Positions 1 through 8,943 of a stretch of 64,000 nucleotides of DNA are shown here, piece by piece. The position numbers were made by a program, and so were the translations under genes. The stretch's first letter is position 1, and every line of letters starts with the position of its first letter. Source of the stretch: Nanobdellota archaeon (GTDB taxonomy: Archaea; Nanobdellota; Nanobdellia; Pacearchaeales; GW2011-AR1); the NCBI GenBank assembly GCA_022561055.1, contig JADFRY010000001.1, positions 121,262-185,261 of the forward strand. Direction: 5' to 3'. The notes under the pieces are model-generated. The model was not told the DNA's origin and searched no databases. It saw only the letters and a program-made list of their open reading frames with translations.

Positions 1-904
1 TTTTATCATTCCTATTTGAAAATGTAAATAGAATATAAGGTTCGTCTTTATCTAACACTTTTATTAATTGTGTAGCACCCACTATCTCTCTTAAGCTTTC
101 ATCCTCACAACAAAAAGTTGGTTGATACCCCAATGACGCTTTAAACTTTTCAAGTCCAATGCTAACAGCTTCACCATAATAAGCAGTATCAGTACCATAA
201 CTCATTATTTTCAAACCTAATTTCTTAGCAAGAGCATAAACTTCTTCTTGAGCCCTCAAAATAAAATGTTTTCTGCGATTTTCTCCAGAATTATCTGAAA
301 CGCTCCCTTTTATCTTTAAAATACCTTTTCCAGAAATTAATTCAAGAATCAAACCAGCAACCATTTTTCCACTAGTATCTTTAATTATAACTTCATAGAA
401 ATTATCACGGACATTTTCGATTTGCTTTAAAAAATCAGTAGGGATAAGACGCAACCCATATTTTTTACTAAGAACGAATTTTTCATAGAGCAAATACCAT
501 TCCTTAAAATTTTTATCCGTCAATTCATTTGTAGTAACTGAATAATTCTTAGTTGTATTTATTTTCTTACGATAGTCTCTAATCCTTCTCCTTCTTTCTT
601 GTTCATTGATATCTGTCCGCATAATTAATCTATCCAAATATGTACTTGTAGGAGCATGCCAGGTAACATAAATAGGCCCATAATTAAAATCGTTCAATGA
701 TTGCACATCCTCTTTATTAGGGTTCCGAATAGCTATTGCATAAACGCCTTTCTTTAACAACTTTTTTTCTTCTTTCCTTGCCAACAATCCGGAACCAGCA
801 GGAAATAAAGCAACCTTTTTACTGATAAAACCAGTCAGCATCCAATCAGGAGAATTTGGATTTTCATCCATTGTTTCAGTAATGCGATATTTTTCATCAG
901 TCAT
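1..904 (-). CDS. Hypothetical protein, partial (C-terminus lies beyond the window edge); possible GNAT/FemAB-like acyltransferase fold
   Basis: Absent from the supplied track because it runs off the window. ATG at 904-902 on the minus strand, open to position 1 (~301 codons, MTDEKYRITETMDENPNSPDW...). The segment FYEVIIKDTSGKMVAGLILELISGKGILKIKG...RKHFILRAQEEVYALAKKLGLKIMSYG resembles acetyltransferase-fold proteins. The function is tentative. Confidence 0.5.
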   Translation of the reverse strand, partial: MTDEKYRITETMDENPNSPDWMLTGFISKKVALFPAGSGLLARKEEKKLLKKGVYAIAIRNPNKEDVQSLNDFNYGPIYVTWHAPTSTYLDRLIMRTDINEQERRRRIRDYRKKINTTKNYSVTTNELTDKNFKEWYLLYEKFVLSKKYGLRLIPTDFLKQIENVRDNFYEVIIKDTSGKMVAGLILELISGKGILKIKGSVSDNSGENRRKHFILRAQEEVYALAKKLGLKIMSYGTDTAYYGEAVSIGLEKFKASLGYQPTFCCEDESLREIVGATQLIKVLDKDEPYILFTFSNRNDK

Positions 905-1071
905 TTTGATATTCCTATAAATGATGTTTTAACCATACAAATCTAAATAAGGCGTCTTTTTTAAGATTTAGGTTGGTTTGATTAGTAAATAAACCACTCC
1001 CTAAACAACCCTTTTCTATGAGGGATTTTTTAGAAATGAATAATCATGTGGTTTTTTTAGCTATGATATAA

Positions 1072-1623
1072 TTATCCAAATAATGTTTTAATTCTTTCAT
1101 CAACATAGGCCGCTGCCTCTTGAGCACGTTTCTTGTCACCTTTGAGTTCTTTGATGTCCACATATGGATAAAGAATAGGAATTAATACTGTAGCTGGAGG
1201 TATTAAACTAAATAAGGCTTTTCTCACAATGTATCTAGGCATTCCCATGCCCCTCCTTGCTCCATTATTCATTTTTCTCAAATAATTACAAGGGATAATA
1301 TATTCCAATTGCTCGGCTCTTCCAAGGAGTTCCTCAGGTTTTCTTTGTTCACCAGACACATAATTACGGAACCCTGTAATGTCATCTAATTCTTCTAATG
1401 TGGATGAAATCACGGAATCATTGGGTCTACTTACTGCTTCAGAGGCTATTGGATTATTGAGAAGTGCAATCAGCTCTCTGTGAGCTAAATCTATTATCTT
1501 TTTTGTGGTTGGGAGACTATCTTGGATCTTTTTTGGTATGCTATAATCTCCATCTCTGAAACTTTTTATAGTTACTTCTACTTTTTTCATTTTTCTGTAT
1601 GTTGTGTCCCATTCTGATACCAT
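1072..1623 (-). CDS. Hypothetical protein
   Basis: 183-aa ORF with normal composition and no better-supported overlapping ORF. No motif recognised. Confidence 0.55.
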   Translation of the reverse strand: MVSEWDTTYRKMKKVEVTIKSFRDGDYSIPKKIQDSLPTTKKIIDLAHRELIALLNNPIASEAVSRPNDSVISSTLEELDDITGFRNYVSGEQRKPEELLGRAEQLEYIIPCNYLRKMNNGARRGMGMPRYIVRKALFSLIPPATVLIPILYPYVDIKELKGDKKRAQEAAAYVDERIKTLFG

Positions 1624-1678
1624 ATAAATTAGCCAATAGATACCTTTATAAAGTTAGTTTGTCGGATAATTCGACAAC

Positions 1679-2407
1679 ATGATAGAGAAATTACAAAGAC
1701 TTGGGATGACAAAAAGTGAATCACAAGTGTATCAATTATTAGTTAAGTATGGAAGTATTTCTGGTAGTCAATTAGCTAAGAAATCTGGAATAGATAGGTC
1801 TACAACATATAATCTACTTGTATCTCTAAACGCAAAAGGATTTGTTTCATATATTATTAAAGAAGGCATTAAGATTTACCAAATTTCAAATCCTTCAAAT
1901 TTAAGAAAATTTGCAGAGGATTCTATACAAATTGCAGAGTCTGTTATCGAAGAAATAAACAAGACCAAACAAAAGATTCTGACTGAAAGCATAGCCGAGG
2001 TTTACGAAGGACCAAACGCTCCCAAAGTAATGTATAATTACTATCTAGAATCTAAAGATCAAGAATTTTATGTATATGGGGGCTATGGCAAAATGTTCCA
2101 AAAACTTGAGCCAGAAATGAAAGGATACATTAAAAAATTTATTTCCAATAAGAATTTTCTATATTCCTTTGTCTCGAAAGATTATCCAAATCTGGAAAAT
2201 TTGAGGAAAATTCCTGGGAAAATAAAAAGAACAGACTTTAAATCACTCCCAGCAGGATTTACAATTGGATCAGATTCAGTTACTTTTCATGTATATGAAG
2301 ATGAATCTCAAGTAATATCTATCAAGCATCCACAGATTGCTAAAGTTATGAGAGAACTATTTGAAATAGCTTGGGGAAAGCGGACTACCAAGGAAGTTGG
2401 TGCATAA
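1679..2407 (+). CDS. TrmB-family winged-helix transcriptional regulator
   Basis: N-terminus LGMTKSESQVYQLLVKYGSISGSQLAKKSGIDRSTTYNLLVSLNAKGFVSY matches the TrmB N-terminal HTH pattern. A TATA-like ctttataaag lies upstream. Confidence 0.75.
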   Translation: MIEKLQRLGMTKSESQVYQLLVKYGSISGSQLAKKSGIDRSTTYNLLVSLNAKGFVSYIIKEGIKIYQISNPSNLRKFAEDSIQIAESVIEEINKTKQKILTESIAEVYEGPNAPKVMYNYYLESKDQEFYVYGGYGKMFQKLEPEMKGYIKKFISNKNFLYSFVSKDYPNLENLRKIPGKIKRTDFKSLPAGFTIGSDSVTFHVYEDESQVISIKHPQIAKVMRELFEIAWGKRTTKEVGA

Positions 2408-2543
2408 AAGTTATTTCACTGTTTTACGCCAAAAATAAAAAACCAGGTGATTATTTACATCTAAGCGCCAATTCGTATCTAAAACTTACGGCTTTCTCTC
2501 CGCGCTTTTTCTGGATTCGAGGGCTCGGTTTAAATATCGCGTT

Positions 2544-3299
2544 CTAGGGCTTTGAAATTTTCCATAAAGTATTAAAGTATTCCTGAAAACCCTTTGCTAG
2601 TTTTTTATTTTTGATAAAAATAGTGATTTCTTTTTCCCCGCTTCCTAGTAGAGGGATAATTACGTTATCTTTATACACGTTTATTGGAATGGCACTGCTT
2701 TGGTCGAGAAATCTTTCTTGATTATAGGCGTCTTGTTTTTGATGGTACTCTTTAACTCCTTTTAAATTTGTTGTAAATATTACTTTTGTTTTTAATTTGG
2801 CTTTAACTCTTTTTTTGTGATAATTAATAAAGAAGTTAAGCTGTTGTTCGTTTAGTGTTTTGTCAACTCCAAATACTAAAAATTCTTCATTTGGTTGGAA
2901 TTCGTTTTCAACAATTTGGAATGCGTTTTTTAGTCCATTATATCCTTCAAATATTTCTGCTCTTTCCTCTTTTGAGGAGATTGTTTGGAGATCTGATAAA
3001 GAGGGGATTAATTCTTGCAATTCTTTTTTTTGGTTTTGTATTTCTTTCGCTTTTTTGTCTAGAAGGCCCTGTAAGAAATTTGGAGGAGCTGCATTATAGT
3101 AGTTAACTTTATTTTTAAGGAAGTTTGAGACAAGACCTTTATTTTTTAGTCTGTCTAAGATGTCATATATTTTTGATTTTGTTATTTTTGCTTCTTTGAC
3201 AATTTTTCCCACAGGAGCTTGACCTATTTTTAGCAGAGCTAGGTAGACCTCGGTTTCTCCTTTCGTTAAGCCTAGATTATAAAAGAATTCTTTGTTCAT
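2544..3299 (-). CDS. TrmB-family winged-helix transcriptional regulator (paralog of 1679..2407)
   Basis: LGLTKGETEVYLALLKIGQAPVGKIVKEAKITKSKIYDILDRLKNKGLVS matches the TrmB HTH pattern, and the length is similar to the neighbouring paralog. Confidence 0.75.
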   Translation of the reverse strand: MNKEFFYNLGLTKGETEVYLALLKIGQAPVGKIVKEAKITKSKIYDILDRLKNKGLVSNFLKNKVNYYNAAPPNFLQGLLDKKAKEIQNQKKELQELIPSLSDLQTISSKEERAEIFEGYNGLKNAFQIVENEFQPNEEFLVFGVDKTLNEQQLNFFINYHKKRVKAKLKTKVIFTTNLKGVKEYHQKQDAYNQERFLDQSSAIPINVYKDNVIIPLLGSGEKEITIFIKNKKLAKGFQEYFNTLWKISKP

Positions 3300-3380
3300 G
3301 TTACTTTAATATCCCCTATGGGGGGAACTAAGTTTTATATATGTTTGTTTTTGTCTCAGAAATAGATAACGAGGAACAAA

Positions 3381-3698
3381 ATGATAGGAAAAGAATGGTT
3401 TACAAAAGCGAGAGAAAGGGCCTATGTAAACGAGTTAACAGATTCCCCTGATGATGAATTAGAGGCCATTGTATCAAGTTGGAGAGATAGATCCCCCTTT
3501 AACAAATTGTCAACAAGACTAGTTACATATCAAAAAGCGCGAGTCAATGCCGCAAGCACGGTTCTTTGGAATAGAAATCTAGCTATTATGTTGGAGAAAT
3601 ATTATAGGGAGGAGTATGGGGTTGATATTACCCCTGGCGATTCTTTGAATAATGGGAGAACTATAACAACCCATTATACAGCAGCGCCTATAAAGTAG
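3381..3698 (+). CDS. Hypothetical protein
   Basis: 105-aa ORF ending in TAG. No motif recognised. Confidence 0.45.
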   Translation: MIGKEWFTKARERAYVNELTDSPDDELEAIVSSWRDRSPFNKLSTRLVTYQKARVNAASTVLWNRNLAIMLEKYYREEYGVDITPGDSLNNGRTITTHYTAAPIK

Positions 3699-3761
3699 TG
3701 CTTAAGAGAATAGTTAGGCACTACGCATAAAATTTAAATAGTCTATTGTAGTGCCTAATAT

Positions 3762-4139
3762 ATGAAAGCATTATCATTGAAGCAGCCATTTGCAGAATTG
3801 ATATTGCAAGGAAAGAAGAAGATAGAATTGAGGACTTGGAATACTAAATTTAGAGGAGAATTTTTGATACATGCTTCTAAAATCCCTGATAAGAATGCTA
3901 TGAAGGAGTTTGGTTTTGATGATTTGCCTTGTGGCTTTATTCTAGGAAAAGCAGAATTAGTATATGTTAAAAAATATGAGAGTAAAAGTGCACATGAAAA
4001 GGATAAAAAGTTACATTTGGGTTCTGAGGATTGGGGAGATTATGGTTTTGTTTTAGAGAATGTTAGGAGAATTAAGCTGGTTAGTTGTAAAGGAAGATTA
4101 GGATTTTGGAATTTTGAAGGAGATATAAAATGTTTATAG
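3762..4139 (+). CDS. ASCH domain protein
   Basis: MKALSLKQPFAELILQGKKKIELRTWNTKFRGEFLIHAS is a typical ASCH (PUA-like) N-terminal pattern, and the ~125-aa size fits. Confidence 0.7.
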   Translation: MKALSLKQPFAELILQGKKKIELRTWNTKFRGEFLIHASKIPDKNAMKEFGFDDLPCGFILGKAELVYVKKYESKSAHEKDKKLHLGSEDWGDYGFVLENVRRIKLVSCKGRLGFWNFEGDIKCL

Positions 4140-4173
4140 CTACAACTTTTAGAAAAAGTTCTAGGAGTCAAAA

Positions 4174-5901
4174 ATGTTTATTGTGAAAAAGGTAATTGCT
4201 GGAAATGATTATTATTATTTGCGTGATTCTAAGAGAGTTAATGGCAAAGTGAAGGCGGTGACAGTTGCTTATCTTGGAAAAAATAAGAAAGAGGCAGAGA
4301 AAAAGGCACGGGAAATTATTAATGAGAGGAAAAAAGGAGTTAGCAAAAAAGAACAGGAAGGAAAAGAGAGCAAGGAGAAAAAGATGATTGTGATGGGCAA
4401 CGAAGAAAAGGAATTTTTGAGTTTTATTCAAGAGGGAGGATTTATTTGGGGGCCGAGTCCTGAGATTTATGGAGGTGTTGCTGGTTTTTACACTTACGGA
4501 CCACTTGGAAAGTTATTGAAAAACAAGATTGAGAATTCTGTTAGGAGAGTTTTTAATTCTCATGGTTTTAGAGAGATGGAAGGACCGACTGTACTCCCAG
4601 ATGTAGTTTGGAAAGCTTCTGGACATCTTGATACTTTCAAGGACAGAATAATAAAATGTAAAAAATGTAGGGCGGTTTTCAGGGCTGATAAATTAATTGA
4701 AGAGAGATTTAATGTTTCTGCTGACTCTTTTTCTGATGAGAAAATTTTGAAGTTTATTGAGGATAAAGGAATAAACTGTCCGAGTTGTGGAGGAAGTTTT
4801 GAGAAGAAGATCGAGAGTCAAACTTTAATGATGAAGACAAAAGTTGCTGGACAAGATTCTTCTTTGAGGCCAGAGACCGCGACAGTAACTTATTTACCTT
4901 TTTTGAGAATTTATAATTATTTTAGGAAGAAGTTGCCCTTTTCAGTTTATCAGATTGGTAAGGTTTATAGGGATGAAATATCTCCGAGGCAGCATGTTTT
5001 AAGAAGTCGTGAATTTACGCAAGCAGAAGGACAGATTTTTATTGATCCTGAAAAAAAGAATGATTGGGAAAAGTATGAAGATATTAAATCGGTGGTTTTA
5101 CCTTTCTGGGATTGGAAGGCGCAGGATAAAAATGAAGAGCCTAGTGATATTTCAATAGCCTCTGCGATGAAAAAAGGTTTGATAAAAAGCCAGGCTTATG
5201 CATGGTGCATATGGCTTGCATATATGCAGTTTGTTAATTTTGGCATTCCTAGGGAGAGAATAAGATTACGTCAGCATTGGCCTGACGAGAAAGCGTTTTA
5301 CGCAGATGATGCTTGGGACATAGAGGCTAATTTGAATAATTATGGTTGGGTTGAACTTTGTGGGGTGCATGATAGAGCAGATTATGATTTGAAACAACAT
5401 GGAAAAGCTTCAGGAGTTGCCTTAGAGGCTGTAAGGGAGAATGGAGAAAAATTTATTCCACATATTTTGGAAATTGCATTTGGAACGGACAGACCAACTT
5501 ATGCTTTAATTGATATTTTTTATAGGAAGAAGGAAGTTGAAGAAGGGAAAACAATGTTTAAGGTTCCTTATCACATGGCGCCGATCGATGTTTCTATTTT
5601 TCCATTGATGAAAAAGCGAGAATTAATTAAAATTGCCGAGGAAGTAAAAGAGATGCTTGAAAATGATTTTGTTATTGATTATGATGTTTCTGGTTCGATA
5701 GGAAGAAGGTATTTAAGAGCTGCTTCTGCCGGAACACCGTTTGCTATAACAATTGATTATGAAAGTTTGGAGAAAAAGGATGTGACTATTAGAGATAGAG
5801 ATACTTCTCGTCAAATAAGGGTAAAAATAAGCGATTTAAAGGATATTATTAAAAAGTTATTAGAGGGAGCCAAAATAACTGATTTTGGTAAATTTATTTA
5901 G
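4174..5901 (+). CDS. glyS: Glycine--tRNA ligase, archaeal/eukaryotic dimeric type, with a ~70-aa Lys-rich N-terminal extension
   Basis: FIWGPSPEIYGGVAGFYTYGPLGKLLKNKIENSVRRVF and the class II motifs (FREMEGP, YRDEISPRQHVLRSREFTQAEGQIF, EIAFGTDRP) match. The canonical core begins near the internal ATG at 4384. Confidence 0.9.
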   Translation: MFIVKKVIAGNDYYYLRDSKRVNGKVKAVTVAYLGKNKKEAEKKAREIINERKKGVSKKEQEGKESKEKKMIVMGNEEKEFLSFIQEGGFIWGPSPEIYGGVAGFYTYGPLGKLLKNKIENSVRRVFNSHGFREMEGPTVLPDVVWKASGHLDTFKDRIIKCKKCRAVFRADKLIEERFNVSADSFSDEKILKFIEDKGINCPSCGGSFEKKIESQTLMMKTKVAGQDSSLRPETATVTYLPFLRIYNYFRKKLPFSVYQIGKVYRDEISPRQHVLRSREFTQAEGQIFIDPEKKNDWEKYEDIKSVVLPFWDWKAQDKNEEPSDISIASAMKKGLIKSQAYAWCIWLAYMQFVNFGIPRERIRLRQHWPDEKAFYADDAWDIEANLNNYGWVELCGVHDRADYDLKQHGKASGVALEAVRENGEKFIPHILEIAFGTDRPTYALIDIFYRKKEVEEGKTMFKVPYHMAPIDVSIFPLMKKRELIKIAEEVKEMLENDFVIDYDVSGSIGRRYLRAASAGTPFAITIDYESLEKKDVTIRDRDTSRQIRVKISDLKDIIKKLLEGAKITDFGKFI

Positions 5902-5979
5902 AGATTATATTCTCTTTTTTCATTCTTTTTCTATAAATTTATATAAGGGCTTTGTGATTATTAATTAGTAATTGAAAAA

Positions 5980-6780
5980 ATGGGGAAGACGATTGGCTTA
6001 ATATCTATAAAAGGTGGTGTTGGTAAAACGACTCTGAGTGTTGCGCTTGCAGTTGATTTAGCTAATAATTATGGGAAAAAAGTTTTATTAATAGACACTA
6101 ATTATTCTGCTCCGAATTTGGGGATTCATATGGATATTATTTCTCCTAGGAAAACTATTCATGATGTACTGTCAGGGTCAAAGCTGAGTGCTGCTATTCA
6201 TGAGAAGTATGGTGTTGATGTTATTCCTGGAGATTTTTTATACAAAAGAGAATTTAGTCCTTTGAAGTTAAAGGCAAAGTTGAATCATGTAAAAAAGAAA
6301 TATGATTTTATTATTTTAGATGCTTCTCCGAGTTTAAATGACGAGGTTCTTTCGACTATTTTGGCTTCAGATAAATTATTTGTTGTTACGACAGCTGATT
6401 ATCCTACTTTGAGTTGTTCTATGAAGGCGGCTAAGTTGGCAAGGCAGAGGAGCAGACCGATTGATGGTATTATTTTAAATAGATTAAAGGGCAGATATGA
6501 AGTTAGTCTTGAGGAAATTCAGGAGTCTACAGGTATTCCTGTTGTTGCGAGGGTGAAAGATGATAAAATTGTTGCAATGTCTTTGTTTGAGAGAATTCCC
6601 GCCACGCTCTTTGCTAAGAACACTGCTTTTTCTAAAGAGATAAACAAACTTAGTGCAGCTTTAGTTGGAGAAAAAGAAAGAAGACCTTTATTAGATAAAT
6701 TACTTTTTATTGATTTGAGAAAAGAAGAAGTAAACAGAGAGGTTTTAAGAGAAAATTTTTATAAGAGAGTTTTTAGGTAA
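5980..6780 (+). CDS. MinD/ParA-family P-loop ATPase
   Basis: Deviant Walker A motif SIKGGVGKTTLSVALA, and DASPSL resembling the Walker B region. Confidence 0.8.
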   Translation: MGKTIGLISIKGGVGKTTLSVALAVDLANNYGKKVLLIDTNYSAPNLGIHMDIISPRKTIHDVLSGSKLSAAIHEKYGVDVIPGDFLYKREFSPLKLKAKLNHVKKKYDFIILDASPSLNDEVLSTILASDKLFVVTTADYPTLSCSMKAAKLARQRSRPIDGIILNRLKGRYEVSLEEIQESTGIPVVARVKDDKIVAMSLFERIPATLFAKNTAFSKEINKLSAALVGEKERRPLLDKLLFIDLRKEEVNREVLRENFYKRVFR

Positions 6781-6785
6781 TTTGT

Positions 6786-7139
6786 ATGGAAAGAGATTGT
6801 ATATTTTGCAAAATTGCTAAAGGCGAGGTAAAATCGGAGAAAGTTGCAGAGAGTGATAATTTTTTTGCTATTCGTGACGTACATCCAATTGCTGAGGGGC
6901 ACGTCATGGTAATTCCAAAGAAACATCTGGTTACTTTGTTGGACATCCCTAATAATCTTGGAGAAGAGCTTTTGAGTTTTACTAAAAAAGTTGCAGGGAA
7001 TTTGTTAGATAAGAAATTGGGAGATGGTTTTGATTTGCTTATGAGGAATTTGGAAGCTGGCGGACAAGAAGTCATGCATGCTCATGTACATGTAATTCCG
7101 AGGAAAGAAGGCGACGGAATAAGCAGTTTGCCTGTATGA
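6786..7139 (+). CDS. HIT-family (histidine triad) nucleotide hydrolase/transferase
   Basis: CIFCKI near the N-terminus and the histidine triad HAHVHVIP. Confidence 0.85.
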   Translation: MERDCIFCKIAKGEVKSEKVAESDNFFAIRDVHPIAEGHVMVIPKKHLVTLLDIPNNLGEELLSFTKKVAGNLLDKKLGDGFDLLMRNLEAGGQEVMHAHVHVIPRKEGDGISSLPV

Positions 7140-7140
7140 T

Positions 7141-7332
7141 TTATAGTTTTTGAATTATTAATAATATTGTTGTTATTGCAAGCATTATGAAGCCGAAAAT
7201 GAGGGATGTTTGGCCGAATTGGGTTGCTGCGAGTCTTTGAGAAGTTACAATTATTGAAATTGCTAGAAAGATGTTTAAGAAGGCAATTATATTTTGTGTG
7301 ATTTGATATTTTTTAGGAACTTCTTTTTTCAT
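7141..7332 (-). CDS. Small membrane protein (2 predicted TM helices)
   Basis: 63-aa ORF containing two hydrophobic stretches. Confidence 0.4.
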   Translation of the reverse strand: MKKEVPKKYQITQNIIAFLNIFLAISIIVTSQRLAATQFGQTSLIFGFIMLAITTILLIIQKL

Positions 7333-7495
7333 TTTTTAGGAAAGGTTTTTTTATTAATAAGTGTTTGTGAGCATACAATTCTGACTCACTCTTGCTGCTG
7401 GCATCCTCACTATCGTTGTAGTGCTCTTCTCTGCAGTGAATAAACAAGACGATTTCGATCTTCTCTTGCTCGAGTACTCGCTGCGGAAGACGAAA

Positions 7496-7620
7496 TGGCT
7501 CTGGAGAGAATTGAACTCTCGGCCTCTGCCTGTCTCAAATTTCATGATTTGTGAGTAAATCTGATTTCTTACGAAATTAGATTTCATGAGAGCAGCGCTC
7601 TGCCACTGAGCTACAGAGCC
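7496..7620 (-). tRNA. tRNA with anticodon CAU (elongator Met, or Ile2 if C34 is modified), interrupted by a ~53-nt intron at the canonical 37/38 position
   Basis: Hand-folded cloverleaf on the minus strand. Acceptor stem GGCTCTG/CAGAGCC. D arm GCTC-AGTGGCA-GAGC. Anticodon stem CTGCT/GGCAG with loop CT-CAT-G[intron]A. Variable region AGGCC. T arm GAGAG-TTCAATT-CTCTC. Discriminator A, with no encoded CCA. Exons are roughly 7620-7585 and 7531-7496, and the intron roughly 7584-7532. Confidence 0.85.
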
Positions 7621-7688
7621 AAGAATAGAAACTCTGGAGTGTTTTTAAGTTTGTTGGAAAGGTTAATAAAATGTTTTTTCTTTAGTGG

Positions 7689-7919
7689 GTGATGGTTGTG
7701 GAAGAGGTTTTAGGGGCAACTCCTGAAGTTGTTATTGAGCTTGGAAGGATTGGGAAATGGATACAGGCAGTTGGTCTTTTGGTGATTTTGTGGATTATTG
7801 TGCAAGCGATAACTATGTTTTTTAACAGGAAAAGAAGGAAATCTCTTTATTCTATCAAGGCGGATTTGAAAAGAATAGAGAAGAAGATTGATAGGTTAGA
7901 TAAGAAGATTAAGAGATAG
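7689..7919 (+). CDS. Small membrane-anchored protein with a basic coiled-coil tail
   Basis: One TM helix (WIQAVGLLVILWIIVQAITMFF) followed by RKRRKSLYSIKADLKRIEKKIDRLDKKIKR. The start may be GTG at 7689 or ATG at 7692. Confidence 0.5.
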   Translation: MMVVEEVLGATPEVVIELGRIGKWIQAVGLLVILWIIVQAITMFFNRKRRKSLYSIKADLKRIEKKIDRLDKKIKR

Positions 7920-7920
7920 A

Positions 7921-8262
7921 TTATTTTATTAAAACTATATCTATTGTGGAGACATTTATTTTTCTGCCTTCTTTTTCATATTCTTCTGTGTCGATTTTTA
8001 TATCTTTAATTAAAATATTTTGATTTTTCATGAATCTTTTTCTAGAGACTTCTGCAACGTCCACGGCTTTAGAGATGAATTTGCCTCTTGCTTTAATTAT
8101 GACGTCAGAATTATTTTCGTTTGTGAATTGCATTAATATGCTTGTTACGTAGTTCATGACTGGCTTGCTTCCTATAAAAACGATGTTGTCATTATCTCTC
8201 TTTTCTTTGAATGTTTCTTTTTTTTCTGTGTTATTTTCTAACTTGTTGTCGTTGATTTCCAT
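7921..8262 (-). CDS. albA: DNA/RNA-binding protein Alba
   Basis: [21 protein letters not shown]...[24 protein letters not shown]...NVSTIDIVL matches the Alba core. It is preceded by a ~25-aa polar N-terminal extension. Confidence 0.85.
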   Translation of the reverse strand: MEINDNKLENNTEKKETFKEKRDNDNIVFIGSKPVMNYVTSILMQFTNENNSDVIIKARGKFISKAVDVAEVSRKRFMKNQNILIKDIKIDTEEYEKEGRKINVSTIDIVLIK

Positions 8263-8263
8263 T

Positions 8264-8452
8264 TTAGTTTGTTTCCTTTGTTTTCATTAGTCTTGCAATG
8301 TAACCTGCAATTTTGTTTCTGATTTTTTTGCTTGACATGGTGTTTGTCAAGAGTTTTTTGTTGTATTCAAAGTCTGTTGTGAATTTGTTGCCTTCTATTT
8401 TGATTAGCTCAAAAGCAGTCTTTTTGACCATCGTAGACTTTATTCTTCCCAT
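8264..8452 (-). CDS. rps17e: 30S ribosomal protein S17e (eS17)
   Basis: [17 protein letters not shown]...[25 protein letters not shown] matches the eS17 pattern, and the ~62-aa size fits. Confidence 0.85.
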   Translation of the reverse strand: MGRIKSTMVKKTAFELIKIEGNKFTTDFEYNKKLLTNTMSSKKIRNKIAGYIARLMKTKETN

Positions 8453-8505
8453 TTTTTTGAGTATTTAAGTATTTTTATACTAAAGTTATCCTTTTTACTG
8501 GGTAT

Positions 8506-8943
8506 TTAAATATTTGGGCTAGAGTACAATGTAGAATTAGAGAGAGATTTATTAGGGAGTTGTGCCCTAGATCTTCTTTTTCTTTCCTCAAGTTCTTCAT
8601 ATGAATCATCTAAATATAAATTAACAGTTTCTTCATTTGATCCAACGCTTGATGAGGTTAGTTTTCCTTCTAGTCTCTTTACGATTTGTCTTATGAATTT
8701 TGGCTCTCTCAAAGAAGTTCTCTTTACAGACATTAAAACTCTTCCTGCCAATCCATTCTCGTTTTCCTTTCTTTGATCCATTAAAGACAATTCTACATTT
8801 TCTGAAATAATTACATAAGTTGTCCAATCTCTTTCATCAGTTGGAAATTGTCCTGAAGCAATTGATTTAAGACTATCAAGTAATGCTTCATATTCACCTA
8901 CTCTACAACTCAAATCATATTGTTGTTGTCTTACTTTTACCAT
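8506..8943 (-). CDS. Hypothetical protein
   Basis: 145-aa ORF. No motif recognised. Confidence 0.5.
   Translation of the reverse strand: MVKVRQQQYDLSCRVGEYEALLDSLKSIASGQFPTDERDWTTYVIISENVELSLMDQRKENENGLAGRVLMSVKRTSLREPKFIRQIVKRLEGKLTSSSVGSNEETVNLYLDDSYEELEERKRRSRAQLPNKSLSNSTLYSSPNI

Noticed and set aside
6773-7075. 100-aa minus-strand ORF.
   Set aside because: It is antisense to the HIT-family gene, which carries the diagnostic HxHxHxx motif.
7354-7587. 77-aa minus-strand ORF.
   Set aside because: It overlaps the intron and 3' exon of the tRNA(CAU) gene and the adjacent hairpin-rich segment. It is explained by RNA features rather than coding.
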